Assembly (NCBI GenBank): GCA_025964435.1
Contig: JAOPYV010000169.1
Coordinates: 1-51,397 of the forward strand
Length of the DNA: 51,397 nucleotides
Origin: Thermoleophilia bacterium
GTDB taxonomy: Bacteria; Actinomycetota; Thermoleophilia; Gaiellales; SKUG01
Reading direction: 5' to 3'
This document shows positions 12,587 through 22,133 of this stretch, piece by piece; position 1 is the first letter of the stretch; each line of letters begins with the position of its first letter. A program made the translations under genes and the position numbers. The notes under the pieces were generated by a model. The model worked only from the letters and a program-made list of their open reading frames with translations, made no database searches and was not told where the DNA came from.

Positions 12587-13999
12587 CTAGAACCAGCGGT
12601 CGGCGCGCTGCGCGTCCCACAGCTCCTGGACGTCAGCCCAGACGGCCGTGGTGGCATTGCGGATATTCGCCGGCGTGGCCAGCTGTCCATCGAAGCGATG
12701 CGGGCGGCCGAAGGCGACCGTCACCTTGAAGAGCGATTCGCTCCAACGGTTGCCGTAGATGGCGACCGGGACGATCGGCACGCCGGTGATGAGGGCGAGA
12801 CGCGCTGCACCCTGGCGCGGTCGTGCGAGGCGGCCTTCGTAGACGCGCGTGCCTTCGGGGAAGATGCCGAGCGAGTCACCGCGCCGCAGGACCTCCTCGC
12901 CGATGTGCAGCGCAACGCGATCGCCCGCGCCACGTCGCACCGGGAAGAAGCCGATCGCGTCGGCGAGGTTCTTCAGGTAGCGATTGCTGGCGAGGTCGGC
13001 CTTGCCCATGTAACGGATGACGCGATTGAGCGGCGAGATCAGGAAGGCGGGATCCCACGTCGACGCGTGGTTGGCGATGAAGAGGCACGGCTCGTCCGGC
13101 ACGCGCTCGACGCCGTGGGCCTGGAGCCGGAAGCCCTTCTCCCAGACGGGCCGCGTGCGGCGCAGCACCTTGTCGAAGTTGGCGAGGCCGGATTCGTTGT
13201 CGATCCACTCGCGCGCGGTGCGGCCCTGCGTCATCTCACCGTCGAGCAGCTCGCGGCGGCGCTCGAGCCACATGTTGACGAGCAGGTCGACGGCTTCCTG
13301 GATACCGACGTTGGTCGTGTCGAGCACGAACGCGTCGTCGGCGGCTTCGCTCTGCTTGGCGTCGCGCGCATCGCGCGCCTCGAGTGCGGCGGCGACGTTC
13401 GACTCGGCGCCGCTTCCTGACTCATCCTGCTGGCCGCCGCGGCGTCGCGCGCGCTCCTCCAGGTCGGCAGTGATGAAGATCTTGAGCTCGGCGTCGGGGC
13501 GCACGACCTTGCCGCAGTCGCGACCGTCGAGCACGCTGTCGCGATCCAGCGAGAGCTGGCGCTGGCGAGCGATCATCACGTCGCGCACCTCGGGGTGCGA
13601 TGCGACGCGGGAGGCGGCATCGTCGATGCGCGGCTCGCGGATTGCATCGGTGATGTCGACGCCGGCGATCTTCACTTCCCAGCGGTCGACCCCGTAGCCG
13701 AGCGACGCGGGCTGGGCGATGGCGAGACCGCGGAGGCGCGCACCGTCATCGAGCGGGATCCCACGCTCGAGGGCGAGCCACCCGAGCGCGCGATAGGTCG
13801 CGCCGGTCTCGACGTAGTTGAAGCCGAGCGTCTCGGCGACCAGCCGCGCCACCGTGCTCTTGCCGCTGCCGGCAGGACCATCGACGGTGATGGTCAGCGC
13901 GCGTGTCCAGCGCTCCCCTTCGACCAGTTGGTCCTTCGACACGGGGCGCGAGATATCCAACGCAGCCGGTGATTCCGTGGTGTTCGTGCTCGAGGCCAT
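12587..13999 (-). CDS. cmk: Fused cytidylate kinase / lysophospholipid acyltransferase (Cmk-PlsC)
   Basis: TVDGPAGSGKST, DGRDCG, then NHASTWD and FPEGTR acyltransferase motifs in one ORF. Confidence 0.93.
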   Translation of the reverse strand: MASSTNTTESPAALDISRPVSKDQLVEGERWTRALTITVDGPAGSGKSTVARLVAETLGFNYVETGATYRALGWLALERGIPLDDGARLRGLAIAQPASLGYGVDRWEVKIAGVDITDAIREPRIDDAASRVASHPEVRDVMIARQRQLSLDRDSVLDGRDCGKVVRPDAELKIFITADLEERARRRGGQQDESGSGAESNVAAALEARDARDAKQSEAADDAFVLDTTNVGIQEAVDLLVNMWLERRRELLDGEMTQGRTAREWIDNESGLANFDKVLRRTRPVWEKGFRLQAHGVERVPDEPCLFIANHASTWDPAFLISPLNRVIRYMGKADLASNRYLKNLADAIGFFPVRRGAGDRVALHIGEEVLRRGDSLGIFPEGTRVYEGRLARPRQGAARLALITGVPIVPVAIYGNRWSESLFKVTVAFGRPHRFDGQLATPANIRNATTAVWADVQELWDAQRADRWF

Positions 14000-14066
14000 C
14001 GGCTGGATGCTACCGCAGGTTGGGCCCGCGGCGAATATCGATTGGTGCGGCGGGGATCCATCGTCC

Positions 14067-14834
14067 ATGGAAACCGCAATCATCACCGGATCCGATTCCG
14101 GCATCGGCAAGGCCGCGGCAGTCGCCCTCGCGCGTCGCGGCTTCAACATCGGTCTCACCGTGCACGAGGACACTCGCGGCGTGCAGCAGACGGCCCGCGA
14201 GGTCGAGCTGCACGGGGTTCGTGCGGTCGTCGCGACGCTCGACCTCGATGATCCGACGAGCGTGCAGCCCGCCCTGGCCGCACTGATCGACGAGCTCGGC
14301 GGATCCCTCCGCATCTTCGTCAACAACGCCGGCATCGGTGCCAGCACACCCTTCCTCGAGACACCGATCGAGGAGTTCCGTCACGTGCTGGAGGTCGACC
14401 TGGTCGGCGCCTTCCTCGGCGCACAGGTCGCAGCCCGGCGCATGGTCGAGCAGGGCAACGGCGGCGTGATCGTCAACGTCACCTCCATCCACGAGCAGGT
14501 GCCCCTCAGGGGAAGCTCCGCCTACTGCGCCGCCAAGGGTGGGCTGGGCCTGCTCACCAAAGTGATGGCCCTCGAGCTCGCCGAGCACGGCATCCGGGTC
14601 AACTCCGTCGCGCCGGGCGAGATCGCCACCCCGATGAACGACGCCGAGGACGTGGATCCGCACTCGCTGGATCGCCCGTCGATCCCCGCTGGCCGACCGG
14701 GCGACGCACGCGAGGTCGCGGAGCTCATCGCATTCCTCTGCACGGATGCCGCGGCCTATGCGACCGGCAGCTCGTTCGTGATGGACGGCGGCCTGACCTT
14801 GACCGCTGCCGAGCAGGACACCCCGGGCGACTGA
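14067..14834 (+). CDS. SDR-family oxidoreductase
   Basis: TGSDSGIG, NNAG, YCAAK, VAPGEIATPM. Confidence 0.93.
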   Translation: METAIITGSDSGIGKAAAVALARRGFNIGLTVHEDTRGVQQTAREVELHGVRAVVATLDLDDPTSVQPALAALIDELGGSLRIFVNNAGIGASTPFLETPIEEFRHVLEVDLVGAFLGAQVAARRMVEQGNGGVIVNVTSIHEQVPLRGSSAYCAAKGGLGLLTKVMALELAEHGIRVNSVAPGEIATPMNDAEDVDPHSLDRPSIPAGRPGDAREVAELIAFLCTDAAAYATGSSFVMDGGLTLTAAEQDTPGD

Positions 14835-14846
14835 GCTGGTCCGCAC

Positions 14847-16625
14847 GTGGAGCACCCCTCGAATCGCGAGATCGCCAGCGTGCTGGAACAGCTGGCGGAG
14901 CATTCCCAGTTCGTCGGGGCTCGCTACCCGGCACGCGCCTATCAACGGGCGGCCAGCGCCATCGCCCAGCTACCGGTGTCGGTCGGCGCGCTCGCGATGG
15001 CGGGCCGAGCCACCGAGCTGCGGGGGATCGGCCGATCCATCCAGTCGCGGATCGCGGAGTACTGCGACACGGGAACGATCGCCGAGCTGGAGCGGCTGCG
15101 CGAGGAGACGCCACCGGCCCGGCTGCTCCTGACCCGGCTGCCGGGCCTCGGGCCCAAGACCAGCACGGTGATCTGGGACACGCTGCGCCCGACCAGCATC
15201 GAAGAGCTCGAGGAGATGGTCAGCGACGGGCGACTGCGGACCGTGCGCGGCGTGGGGCCGGCGACCGAGGACATCGTGCGCGCCGGGATCCTCGAACTCG
15301 AACACGAGCCCGAGCAACTGGCCGTGCAGCTGCTGCGCTCCCAGGCGCAACGTGCGGTGGCGGACATCGCGGGCGTGCTTCGCGGCTCGGTGCCGGGCGT
15401 GCTGCGGATCCTCGAGGCGGGCCAGCTTCGACGAGGCTTCGAGCTCGTCGACATGCTCGATATTGTCGTGGTGGCGGAGGACACGGTTGCCGCGACGGCT
15501 GCGCTGCGCGAGCAGCTCGATGCCCGCGGGTGGCTGACATCCTCCGAGGACGCCCCGATCGTCGATGAGTGCCTGACATTCGCACTGGATGGATTGAGTG
15601 GCGCAGGGGTCCGAATCCACGTCACCGATACGGCCCATGAGGCGGCGTCGTATGCCTACGCCGTGGGTCCTGTCGACCACGCGCGAACCGTGCTGGAGCG
15701 ATCCGGCGCCGCGCCTGCCGCTGCCGCGCCGACCTCCCCCGTGCCGCCCGACGCGCCGCGCGCCGCTCCCGACGCAGACCTGTATCGTCGCGCTCGGCTG
15801 GCGTGGATCGCTCCGGAGCGCCGCGATGCCGCAGGCGCGCTCGAAGCTGCGTCAGCAGCCTTCGCAGTCAATCGCGACATGCCCGCACTCGTCGCCGCGG
15901 CCGACCTGCGCGGCGAGCTGCACTGCCACTCGAACTGGAGCGACGGGCGGGCAACGATGGAGGCGATGGCCCACGCCGCGATCGCCCGCGGCTCCGAGTA
16001 CCTCGCGATCACCGACCACTCCTGGTCGCTGCGCATCGTCAACGGGCTGGCTCCAGCCGACCTCGCTGCGCAGTGGCGTGAGCTCGAGCGCGTCCGAGCG
16101 ACCATGCCGGATGGCTTTCACCTGCTCCAGGGCACGGAGCTGGAGATACTTCCGGATGGCACCCTCGATTTTCCCGACGACGTGCTGGAGCGTCTCGACT
16201 GGATCGTCGCCTCGATCCACTCCCGGCAGCGCCAGCCCGCCGAGGAGATCACGCGGCGCATCGAGCGCGCGATGTTCAATCCGTACGTCGACTGCATCGG
16301 GCACCCGACCAGCCGGCTGCTGCTGCGCAGGCCGAGGACCGAGCTCGACACCGATCGACTCATCGAGCTTGCGGCGCACACCGGCACCTTCCTCGAGATC
16401 AACTCGTCGCCCGATCGCCTCGACCTCGACGCTCCAACGGCAGCTCGGGCCGCCGATGCGGGCGTGCTGTTGTGCATCAACTCCGACGCGCATGGGCCCA
16501 ACACGCTCGGACTGGTCGAGCACGGCGCCGCGATCGCGCGCCGCGCTGGACTGCGGCCCGACCAGGTCGCGAACACGCGAAGCTGGGAGCAGCTGCGATC
16601 GCTCCAGAAGCGCTGGCGCGCCTGA
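14847..16625 (+). CDS. polX: Family X DNA polymerase / PHP exonuclease with non-canonical polymerase site
   Basis: RAYQRAA 8-kDa domain, HhH motifs (GIG, LPGLGPK, VRGVGP), PHP motifs HCHSNWSDG, TDHS, HPT, NSDAH. Confidence 0.9.
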   Translation: MEHPSNREIASVLEQLAEHSQFVGARYPARAYQRAASAIAQLPVSVGALAMAGRATELRGIGRSIQSRIAEYCDTGTIAELERLREETPPARLLLTRLPGLGPKTSTVIWDTLRPTSIEELEEMVSDGRLRTVRGVGPATEDIVRAGILELEHEPEQLAVQLLRSQAQRAVADIAGVLRGSVPGVLRILEAGQLRRGFELVDMLDIVVVAEDTVAATAALREQLDARGWLTSSEDAPIVDECLTFALDGLSGAGVRIHVTDTAHEAASYAYAVGPVDHARTVLERSGAAPAAAAPTSPVPPDAPRAAPDADLYRRARLAWIAPERRDAAGALEAASAAFAVNRDMPALVAAADLRGELHCHSNWSDGRATMEAMAHAAIARGSEYLAITDHSWSLRIVNGLAPADLAAQWRELERVRATMPDGFHLLQGTELEILPDGTLDFPDDVLERLDWIVASIHSRQRQPAEEITRRIERAMFNPYVDCIGHPTSRLLLRRPRTELDTDRLIELAAHTGTFLEINSSPDRLDLDAPTAARAADAGVLLCINSDAHGPNTLGLVEHGAAIARRAGLRPDQVANTRSWEQLRSLQKRWRA

Positions 16626-16633
16626 CCAGCTCC

Positions 16634-17947
16634 CTAGCGGACGGCGATGGCGTCCAGCACTTCGAAGTAGCCCGGGTACGAGACGTCGACGCAGTCGGCG
16701 TTCTCGATCGTGACGCCGCGCTTGGAGACGAGGCCGATCGCGCCGCCGAGCATGGCGAGGCGATGGTCGCCGGCGGCGTCCATCGTGCCGCCGTCGGGGC
16801 GTGCCGAGGATCCGCGGATGACGAAGCCGTCGCGCAGCGGCTGGAGACTGATGCCGAGGTGTCGCAGCGCGATGCCGAGCACCTCGATGCGATCGGTCTC
16901 CTTGGCGCGCAGCTCCTCCGCCCCGCGCACGACGAACTCGCCGCGACGGAAGTGGGCGATCAGCGCGAGCACGGGCAGCTCGTCGATCATGCGCGCGACG
17001 TCGGAGACCTCGAGGAAGGTCCGGTTGAGCTGCGAGTGCTGGATCTCGAAGTCGGCGACTGGCTCGCCGTCGACCTGGCCACGATTGGAGATGCCGATGC
17101 GCGAGCCCATCTGCTCGAGCACGTCGACGAAGCCGCTGCGGCCCGGGCTCTCGATCACGCCGGGCAGGCGCAGCATCGAGCCGTGCAGCACGGTCGCGAT
17201 GGCGATGAACGGCGCGGCCGCCGACGGGTCGGCCGGAATCCGGGTGTCGGGCAGCTCGATCGAATCGATCGGGTCGACCGTGATCTTGTTGCCGGCGCGC
17301 TTCACCTTCACGCCCGCACGACGCAGCATGCGCTCGGTGTGGTCGCGCAGCACGGCAGGCTCGGAGATCGTGACGGGGCCGTCCGCATTGAGGCCGGCGA
17401 GCAGGATGGCGCTCTGCACCTGTGCGCTCGGGACCGTCAGCTCGAACGTGCCACCGCGGAGTGGGCCGCGGCTCGTGATCTTGAGCGGCATCGTGCCGTC
17501 GGTGCTGATCTCCACGTCGGCGCCGAGCACCTTGAGCGGCTCGGCGATGCGTCGCATCGGTCGCACGCTCAGCGAGGAGTCGCCCTCGAGCTGGAAGAAG
17601 CGTCCTTCGGGCTGGCCGGCGAGCAGGCCCGACAGCAGGCGCGCGAGCGTGCCAGCGTTGTCGCACTGGATCGCCGCACCGTCCGGCAGCGCCTGGATGC
17701 CCTGGAGGCCAACGCCCGTCACGGTCAGGTCGTACGGGTTCTGCTCGTCGCGCTCGACCTTCGCGCCCAGCTGCTCGACGGCGCGCACGGTGGACGCGAC
17801 ATCCTCGCCGGTGGCGAGGTTGCTGATCCGGACGGGGCGGGTCGAGGCAAGCGCGAGCAGCAATGCCCGATGCGAGACGCTCTTGTCGCCTGGGAGATGG
17901 ACTTCACCGCGGACAGCGGTGGCGGGTGCAACATGGATAGTGGTCAC
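16634..17947 (-). CDS. aroA: 3-phosphoshikimate 1-carboxyvinyltransferase (EPSP synthase, class II)
   Basis: PGDKSVSHRA, SAQVQSA, RDHTERML, ELRAKETDRI, DHRLAM. Confidence 0.96.
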   Translation of the reverse strand: MTTIHVAPATAVRGEVHLPGDKSVSHRALLLALASTRPVRISNLATGEDVASTVRAVEQLGAKVERDEQNPYDLTVTGVGLQGIQALPDGAAIQCDNAGTLARLLSGLLAGQPEGRFFQLEGDSSLSVRPMRRIAEPLKVLGADVEISTDGTMPLKITSRGPLRGGTFELTVPSAQVQSAILLAGLNADGPVTISEPAVLRDHTERMLRRAGVKVKRAGNKITVDPIDSIELPDTRIPADPSAAAPFIAIATVLHGSMLRLPGVIESPGRSGFVDVLEQMGSRIGISNRGQVDGEPVADFEIQHSQLNRTFLEVSDVARMIDELPVLALIAHFRRGEFVVRGAEELRAKETDRIEVLGIALRHLGISLQPLRDGFVIRGSSARPDGGTMDAAGDHRLAMLGGAIGLVSKRGVTIENADCVDVSYPGYFEVLDAIAVR

Positions 17948-18780
17948 GAGACCGACAAGCTTACCGAGCTGCGGCGGGCGCCGACGGCCTCAAGTATCGG
18001 ATCCAGTGACGTGACGAGCCCCGCGAACTGCTCGACCGACAGTGCCTGCTCGGCATCCGACAGCGCGGACCCGGGCGCATCGTGCACCTCGACCATGATC
18101 CCGTCGGCACCCACGGCAGCGGCTGCACGAGCCAGATCCGGCACCCAGCGCGCGACGCCTGCGGCATGTGACGGGTCCATCAGGATTGGCAGGTGCGTGC
18201 GCTCGCGCAGCACGGGAATCGCCGCGATGTCGAGCGTGAAGCGTGTGGCCGTCTCGAAGGTGCGGATCCCGCGCTCGACGAGCAGCACGTCCTCATTGCC
18301 TTCGACGAGGAGGTACTCCGCCGCGTCGAGCAGCTCCTGCACCGTCGCCCCGAAGCCGCGCTTGAGCAGCACCGGCTTGCCGGTGCGGGCGACCTCGCGC
18401 AGCAGCCCACCGTTGGCCATGTTGCGCGCGCCGACCTGGATCAAGTCCGTGACCGCAGCCACGCGTGCGACGTCGCGCACGTCGAGCACTTCGGTCACGA
18501 TCGGCAGGCCGACCCGCGCTCGCGCGTCGGCGAGCAGGACGAGGCCCTCGTCGCCGAGGCCCTGGAAGGAGTGTGGCGAGGTGCGGGGCTTGAAGGCGCC
18601 GCCGCGCAGCATGGCCGCACCGCCATCCGCGACGCCCTGCGCGATGCGCAGCAGCCCGTCGCGTGATTCGACGGAGCAGGGTCCACCGATGACGAGGAAC
18701 TCCCCATCACCGACCTGCAGGCCGTGGTCACCAAGGGAAACGCGCCGGCGCTCGCCGGGTCGATGCTGGAGGGAAGTCAC
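17944..18780 (-). CDS. aroF: DAHP synthase type I-beta, catalytic barrel only
   Basis: GPCSVE, RGGAFKPRTSPHSFQG, QVGARNM, ERGIRTFE, DPSH; 4-bp overlap with aroA. Confidence 0.93.
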   Translation of the reverse strand: MTSLQHRPGERRRVSLGDHGLQVGDGEFLVIGGPCSVESRDGLLRIAQGVADGGAAMLRGGAFKPRTSPHSFQGLGDEGLVLLADARARVGLPIVTEVLDVRDVARVAAVTDLIQVGARNMANGGLLREVARTGKPVLLKRGFGATVQELLDAAEYLLVEGNEDVLLVERGIRTFETATRFTLDIAAIPVLRERTHLPILMDPSHAAGVARWVPDLARAAAAVGADGIMVEVHDAPGSALSDAEQALSVEQFAGLVTSLDPILEAVGARRSSVSLSVS

Positions 18781-18871
18781 CTCGACATCCTAGATCACCC
18801 CTTGCCAAAAGCTGGAAGTCGGTGCACGTTGGACCTAGTGCAATCCCCCGCACGCTCCACGAGGCACCCAG

Positions 18872-20269
18872 ATGAGCTCCAATCCCCACCACCAGACACC
18901 CCGCAGGACCCTTCCGACGATCGAGCTTCCTCGCTCGCCGTTCGCAACCCCTGCCCCGGTTTCCGCTGCCCCGATGCCGTCAGGCACGTCGATCAACGCC
19001 CTGATCGAGTCGCTGCGCCATGACATCGCTACGCCGGTCTCCGTCTCCACCGCCACGCCTGCCTCCGCCGATGCCGGCGTCGAGCGTGGCATGCCGAGCG
19101 CTCCGCACATCGATGGACCCGTGCCGCACGCCGACTTCCATGCCGCCGTCGAGCGCCGCGGCGCCCGTGAGCGCCGCCACGCCCGCCGCGTCACCGATGA
19201 CCGCCGCGAGTTCGCGTCGCAGAACCTGGCCGCGCCGCAGATCGGACCGCACGACCCGCGGCCCGTCGCCGCGCCGTCGATCCCGGCCACGGCTGTTGCC
19301 GCCCCCGTCCACCGCATCGATCCCGTGATGCCGACGTTGCCGATCGACGTGGTCAGTGCACCGATCGAGCTCGCCGTGCCTGCGCCGCTTGCGCCGCTAA
19401 CGATCACCCCGATCGCGCCGATCGTCCCGGCCACGCTCGACCTGTCGACGATGCCGCCACCAGTGTCGCTCGAGCCGCAGGAGCCCGCGCTCGATTCGAT
19501 TTACGGCAGCAACGCACAGGCCGCGATCGGCCGCCTCGACCCCTTTGGAACTGGCGCCCCGGCTCCCGTCACCCCGGACCACGGCCCTGCCGCTCCGGCT
19601 GCAGCACCGGGCTTGGGCCTCGCCCCTGTGGTTGCCGTCGCCGCCGCAGCACCGTCCGCCTGGTTCGGCGGCAAGGTCGAGGTCGACGACGCGATGCTCG
19701 TCTGGAATTCACCCGGCACGCGCGCCCCGCTGGCGCCTGCCGTCAGCGCCGCGATCCAGCCGCAGCAGGCCGCACGCCCGCCGGCGCAGCAGGCACAGCC
19801 CGTCCAGCAGCCATTCCCGCAGCAGGCTCGCGTTGCCATGCAGCCACAGGCCCAGCCGCAGCCTCCGGTGCAGGCTCAGCCCGCGCAGCAACCGCAGCAG
19901 GCACCGCTGCGCATGCCGTCGACACCACCGCCCGGATTCGAGCAGCTCGCGTCGATCTCAGCGCCCGCGCCCGCCCATGCCGCCACCGCTTCCGCTGCCG
20001 CCGCCGGCGCTCCCGCCGTGCCGCTTGCCGCCGCCGCCACCCTTGGGCTTGGGCTTGGGCTTGCTGGTGCCCCCACCCTTGGTCCGGCTGGGGTTCGAGC
20101 TCCCGCTGTTGTCCCACTTGCCGGTGGCAGTGGTCTTGCGGCGCCCGGTGCCGCCACCTCGGTGCCCCGAAGCGCGCTTGCCAGCCTCATTCGGCTGCTG
20201 CTGATCGTTGGCGTCCCCGCCGCTGCCGGCGTCGCCTTGGCCCTCGGCATCGATCGCTTCGTCTTCTGA
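18872..20269 (+). CDS. Pro/Ala/Gln-rich low-complexity protein with C-terminal hydrophobic anchor
   Basis: 465-aa ORF, GC3-biased codons in the first 1.1 kb, GAGG RBS, C-terminal LIRLLLIVGVPAAAGVALALGI. Confidence 0.65.
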   Translation: MSSNPHHQTPRRTLPTIELPRSPFATPAPVSAAPMPSGTSINALIESLRHDIATPVSVSTATPASADAGVERGMPSAPHIDGPVPHADFHAAVERRGARERRHARRVTDDRREFASQNLAAPQIGPHDPRPVAAPSIPATAVAAPVHRIDPVMPTLPIDVVSAPIELAVPAPLAPLTITPIAPIVPATLDLSTMPPPVSLEPQEPALDSIYGSNAQAAIGRLDPFGTGAPAPVTPDHGPAAPAAAPGLGLAPVVAVAAAAPSAWFGGKVEVDDAMLVWNSPGTRAPLAPAVSAAIQPQQAARPPAQQAQPVQQPFPQQARVAMQPQAQPQPPVQAQPAQQPQQAPLRMPSTPPPGFEQLASISAPAPAHAATASAAAAGAPAVPLAAAATLGLGLGLAGAPTLGPAGVRAPAVVPLAGGSGLAAPGAATSVPRSALASLIRLLLIVGVPAAAGVALALGIDRFVF

Positions 20270-21073
20270 TCCAGCAACACCCTCGGCGACCGGCGGCCGC
20301 TTCTTGCGCGCGGGTGCCGTGCCGACGAACTTCTTGAGCCGTCGGATCTCGGGATCCGTCAGCGCCCGCTGCTTGCCGAGCCCGAGCCCACCGAGCACGA
20401 GCGGGCCGTACGCGACGCGCACGAGCTCGATCACGGGATGTCCGACCTCGTCGCACATGCGACGAACCTGGCGATTGCGTCCCTCATGGATGATGAGCTC
20501 GATCAGGCTCTGGTGGTCGCCGGCATCGAGCAGCTTCGCCTCCGCCGGCGCCGTCATGCCGTCCTCGAGCTCGACGCCCTGCGCCAGCTGTCGCACGCTC
20601 GCGGGCGAGATGCGGCCCTCGACCTTGGCGCGGTAGGTCTTCTTCACGCCGAAGGAGGGGTGCATGAGCCGATGGGCGAGGTCGCCATCGTTGGTCAGCA
20701 GCAGCAGGCCGCTCGTGTCGTAGTCGAGCCGACCGACCGGATAGACGCGCACGTCGCTCGGCACGAGGTCGGCGACGGTGCGGCGTCCCTGCGGGTCATC
20801 GAGCGTCGTCACGACGCCCGTCGGCTTGTTGAGCATGAGCAGGCGTGGCGCCTGTGGGCCAACTTCGACGCCGTTGACGAGCACCTTGTCCCCCGCGTGA
20901 ACGCGGTCACCGAGCTTGGCCGTGACGCCGTTCACGGTGACCCGGCCCTGGCCGATCATCACCTCGGAATGGCGTCGCGACGCGACTCCTGCGGCGGACA
21001 TGAACTTCTGGAGCTTGTCACCCTCGACGGGGGTGTCACCGGGCAGCAGGAAGGGATCTTGGGGGGAGGTCAT
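19958..21073 (-). CDS. rluB: RsuA/RluB-family rRNA pseudouridine synthase with Gly/Lys-rich tail
   Basis: S4 domain (LQKFMSAAGVASRR), PVGRLDYDTSGLLLLTNDG, EGRNRQVRRM; near scpAB. Confidence 0.92.
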   Translation of the reverse strand: MTSPQDPFLLPGDTPVEGDKLQKFMSAAGVASRRHSEVMIGQGRVTVNGVTAKLGDRVHAGDKVLVNGVEVGPQAPRLLMLNKPTGVVTTLDDPQGRRTVADLVPSDVRVYPVGRLDYDTSGLLLLTNDGDLAHRLMHPSFGVKKTYRAKVEGRISPASVRQLAQGVELEDGMTAPAEAKLLDAGDHQSLIELIIHEGRNRQVRRMCDEVGHPVIELVRVAYGPLVLGGLGLGKQRALTDPEIRRLKKFVGTAPARKKRPPVAEGVAGSEDEAIDAEGQGDAGSGGDANDQQQPNEAGKRASGHRGGGTGRRKTTATGKWDNSGSSNPSRTKGGGTSKPKPKPKGGGGGKRHGGSAGGGSGSGGGMGGRGR

Positions 21074-21199
21074 GGGGGTAGCGTACCGGGGAAGGGGGCC
21101 ATCGCGGGTCGGTTGTCGTTTGCGTCTCGCGTTCTGGCAGGATAAGCTGCCCCCTGCGATTTGATGGCAGGGAGACCCCTGCGCAATGGAAGGAAAGTA

Positions 21200-21832
21200 A
21201 TGGGACGCTATACCGGCCCCAAGGAGCGTCTCTCACGACGCGCTGGAGTTGACCTCGGCCTCAAGGGCGAGCGTGCGCTGCTCGGCAAGAGCGCGCTGGA
21301 GCGACGCGGCATCCTGGCCCCTGGCCAGCACGGTCGACGACCACGACGCCTGAGCGTCTACGGTGAGCAGCTGCTCGAGAAGCAGAAGGCTCGCTGGTGC
21401 TACGGCCTCCGCGAGAAGCAGTTCTCGACGTACGCCAAGAAGGCGATCAAGAAGCAGGAAGCGGGCACCGTTGCTGGTGAGCGCCTCCTCGCCCTCCTTG
21501 AGCAGCGCCTCGACAACGTCGTGTACCGCCTCGGCCTCGCGTCGACGCGTGCACAGGCTCGTCAGTTCGTGTCGCACGGTCACATCAACCTGAACGGCAA
21601 GCGCTGCGACATCGCGTCCGCCCAGGTGTCCCCGGGTGATTCGGTCGGCCTCCGTCCGAACTCCTCCGTCCGCGGCAAGGCTGCCGACGCACTCGCCGAC
21701 GTGCATCGCGTCCCGAGCTGGGTCGAGGTCGACGGCGACGAGCTGACGGGTCGCGTCCTGCGCCGCCCGACGCTCGACGAGATCGACACGCCGGTCAACG
21801 AGCAGCTCATCATCGAGTACTACTCGCGCTAG
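21200..21832 (+). CDS. rpsD: 30S ribosomal protein S4, Cys-free N-terminus, stand-alone copy
   Basis: [49 protein letters not shown]; AAGGA RBS. Confidence 0.97.
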   Translation: MGRYTGPKERLSRRAGVDLGLKGERALLGKSALERRGILAPGQHGRRPRRLSVYGEQLLEKQKARWCYGLREKQFSTYAKKAIKKQEAGTVAGERLLALLEQRLDNVVYRLGLASTRAQARQFVSHGHINLNGKRCDIASAQVSPGDSVGLRPNSSVRGKAADALADVHRVPSWVEVDGDELTGRVLRRPTLDEIDTPVNEQLIIEYYSR

Positions 21833-21854
21833 TCCATCCAGTTCAGCGCCACCT

Positions 21855-21892
21855 CGAACGCCCGCCACGGCCCTGCGCCCGGCGGGCGTTCG
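21855..21892 (+). terminator. Putative intrinsic terminator after rpsD
   Basis: CGAACGCCCGCC-N14-GGCGGGCGTTCG followed by TGTCTT. Confidence 0.7.
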
Positions 21893-21960
21893 TGTCTTCC
21901 GTCAGTGCAGTCCGGCGGAAGCGATTGCCGTGTTGCCGCCGGTACCGGCGCCGGAGATGA

Positions 21961-22062
21961 TCACGACGGAACGCGAGTCGACCACGGGCCAACGAGCGTC
22001 GTGTCGATCAAGAGCGCCGCATCCGCCGATCGAGGCAGCACGGCCGGAGCGCTCAGCAGCAT
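21961..22062 (-). CDS. Possible 33-aa small ORF or gene remnant (MLLSAPAVLPRS...)
   Basis: Read manually; N-terminus resembles that of 42461..43306; no strong RBS. Confidence 0.2.
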   Translation of the reverse strand: MLLSAPAVLPRSADAALLIDTTLVGPWSTRVPS

Positions 22063-22133
22063 TTCCGCTGCACGAACTCACTGCATGATCCGCGCGTTCC
22101 GGAATGCAGATGAGGCTGCGAGGCGCCGTCGGG

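Noticed and set aside
17944-18780. Truncated (pseudogene) DAHP synthase
   Set aside because: Catalytic motifs are intact; type I-beta enzymes without a regulatory domain are known.
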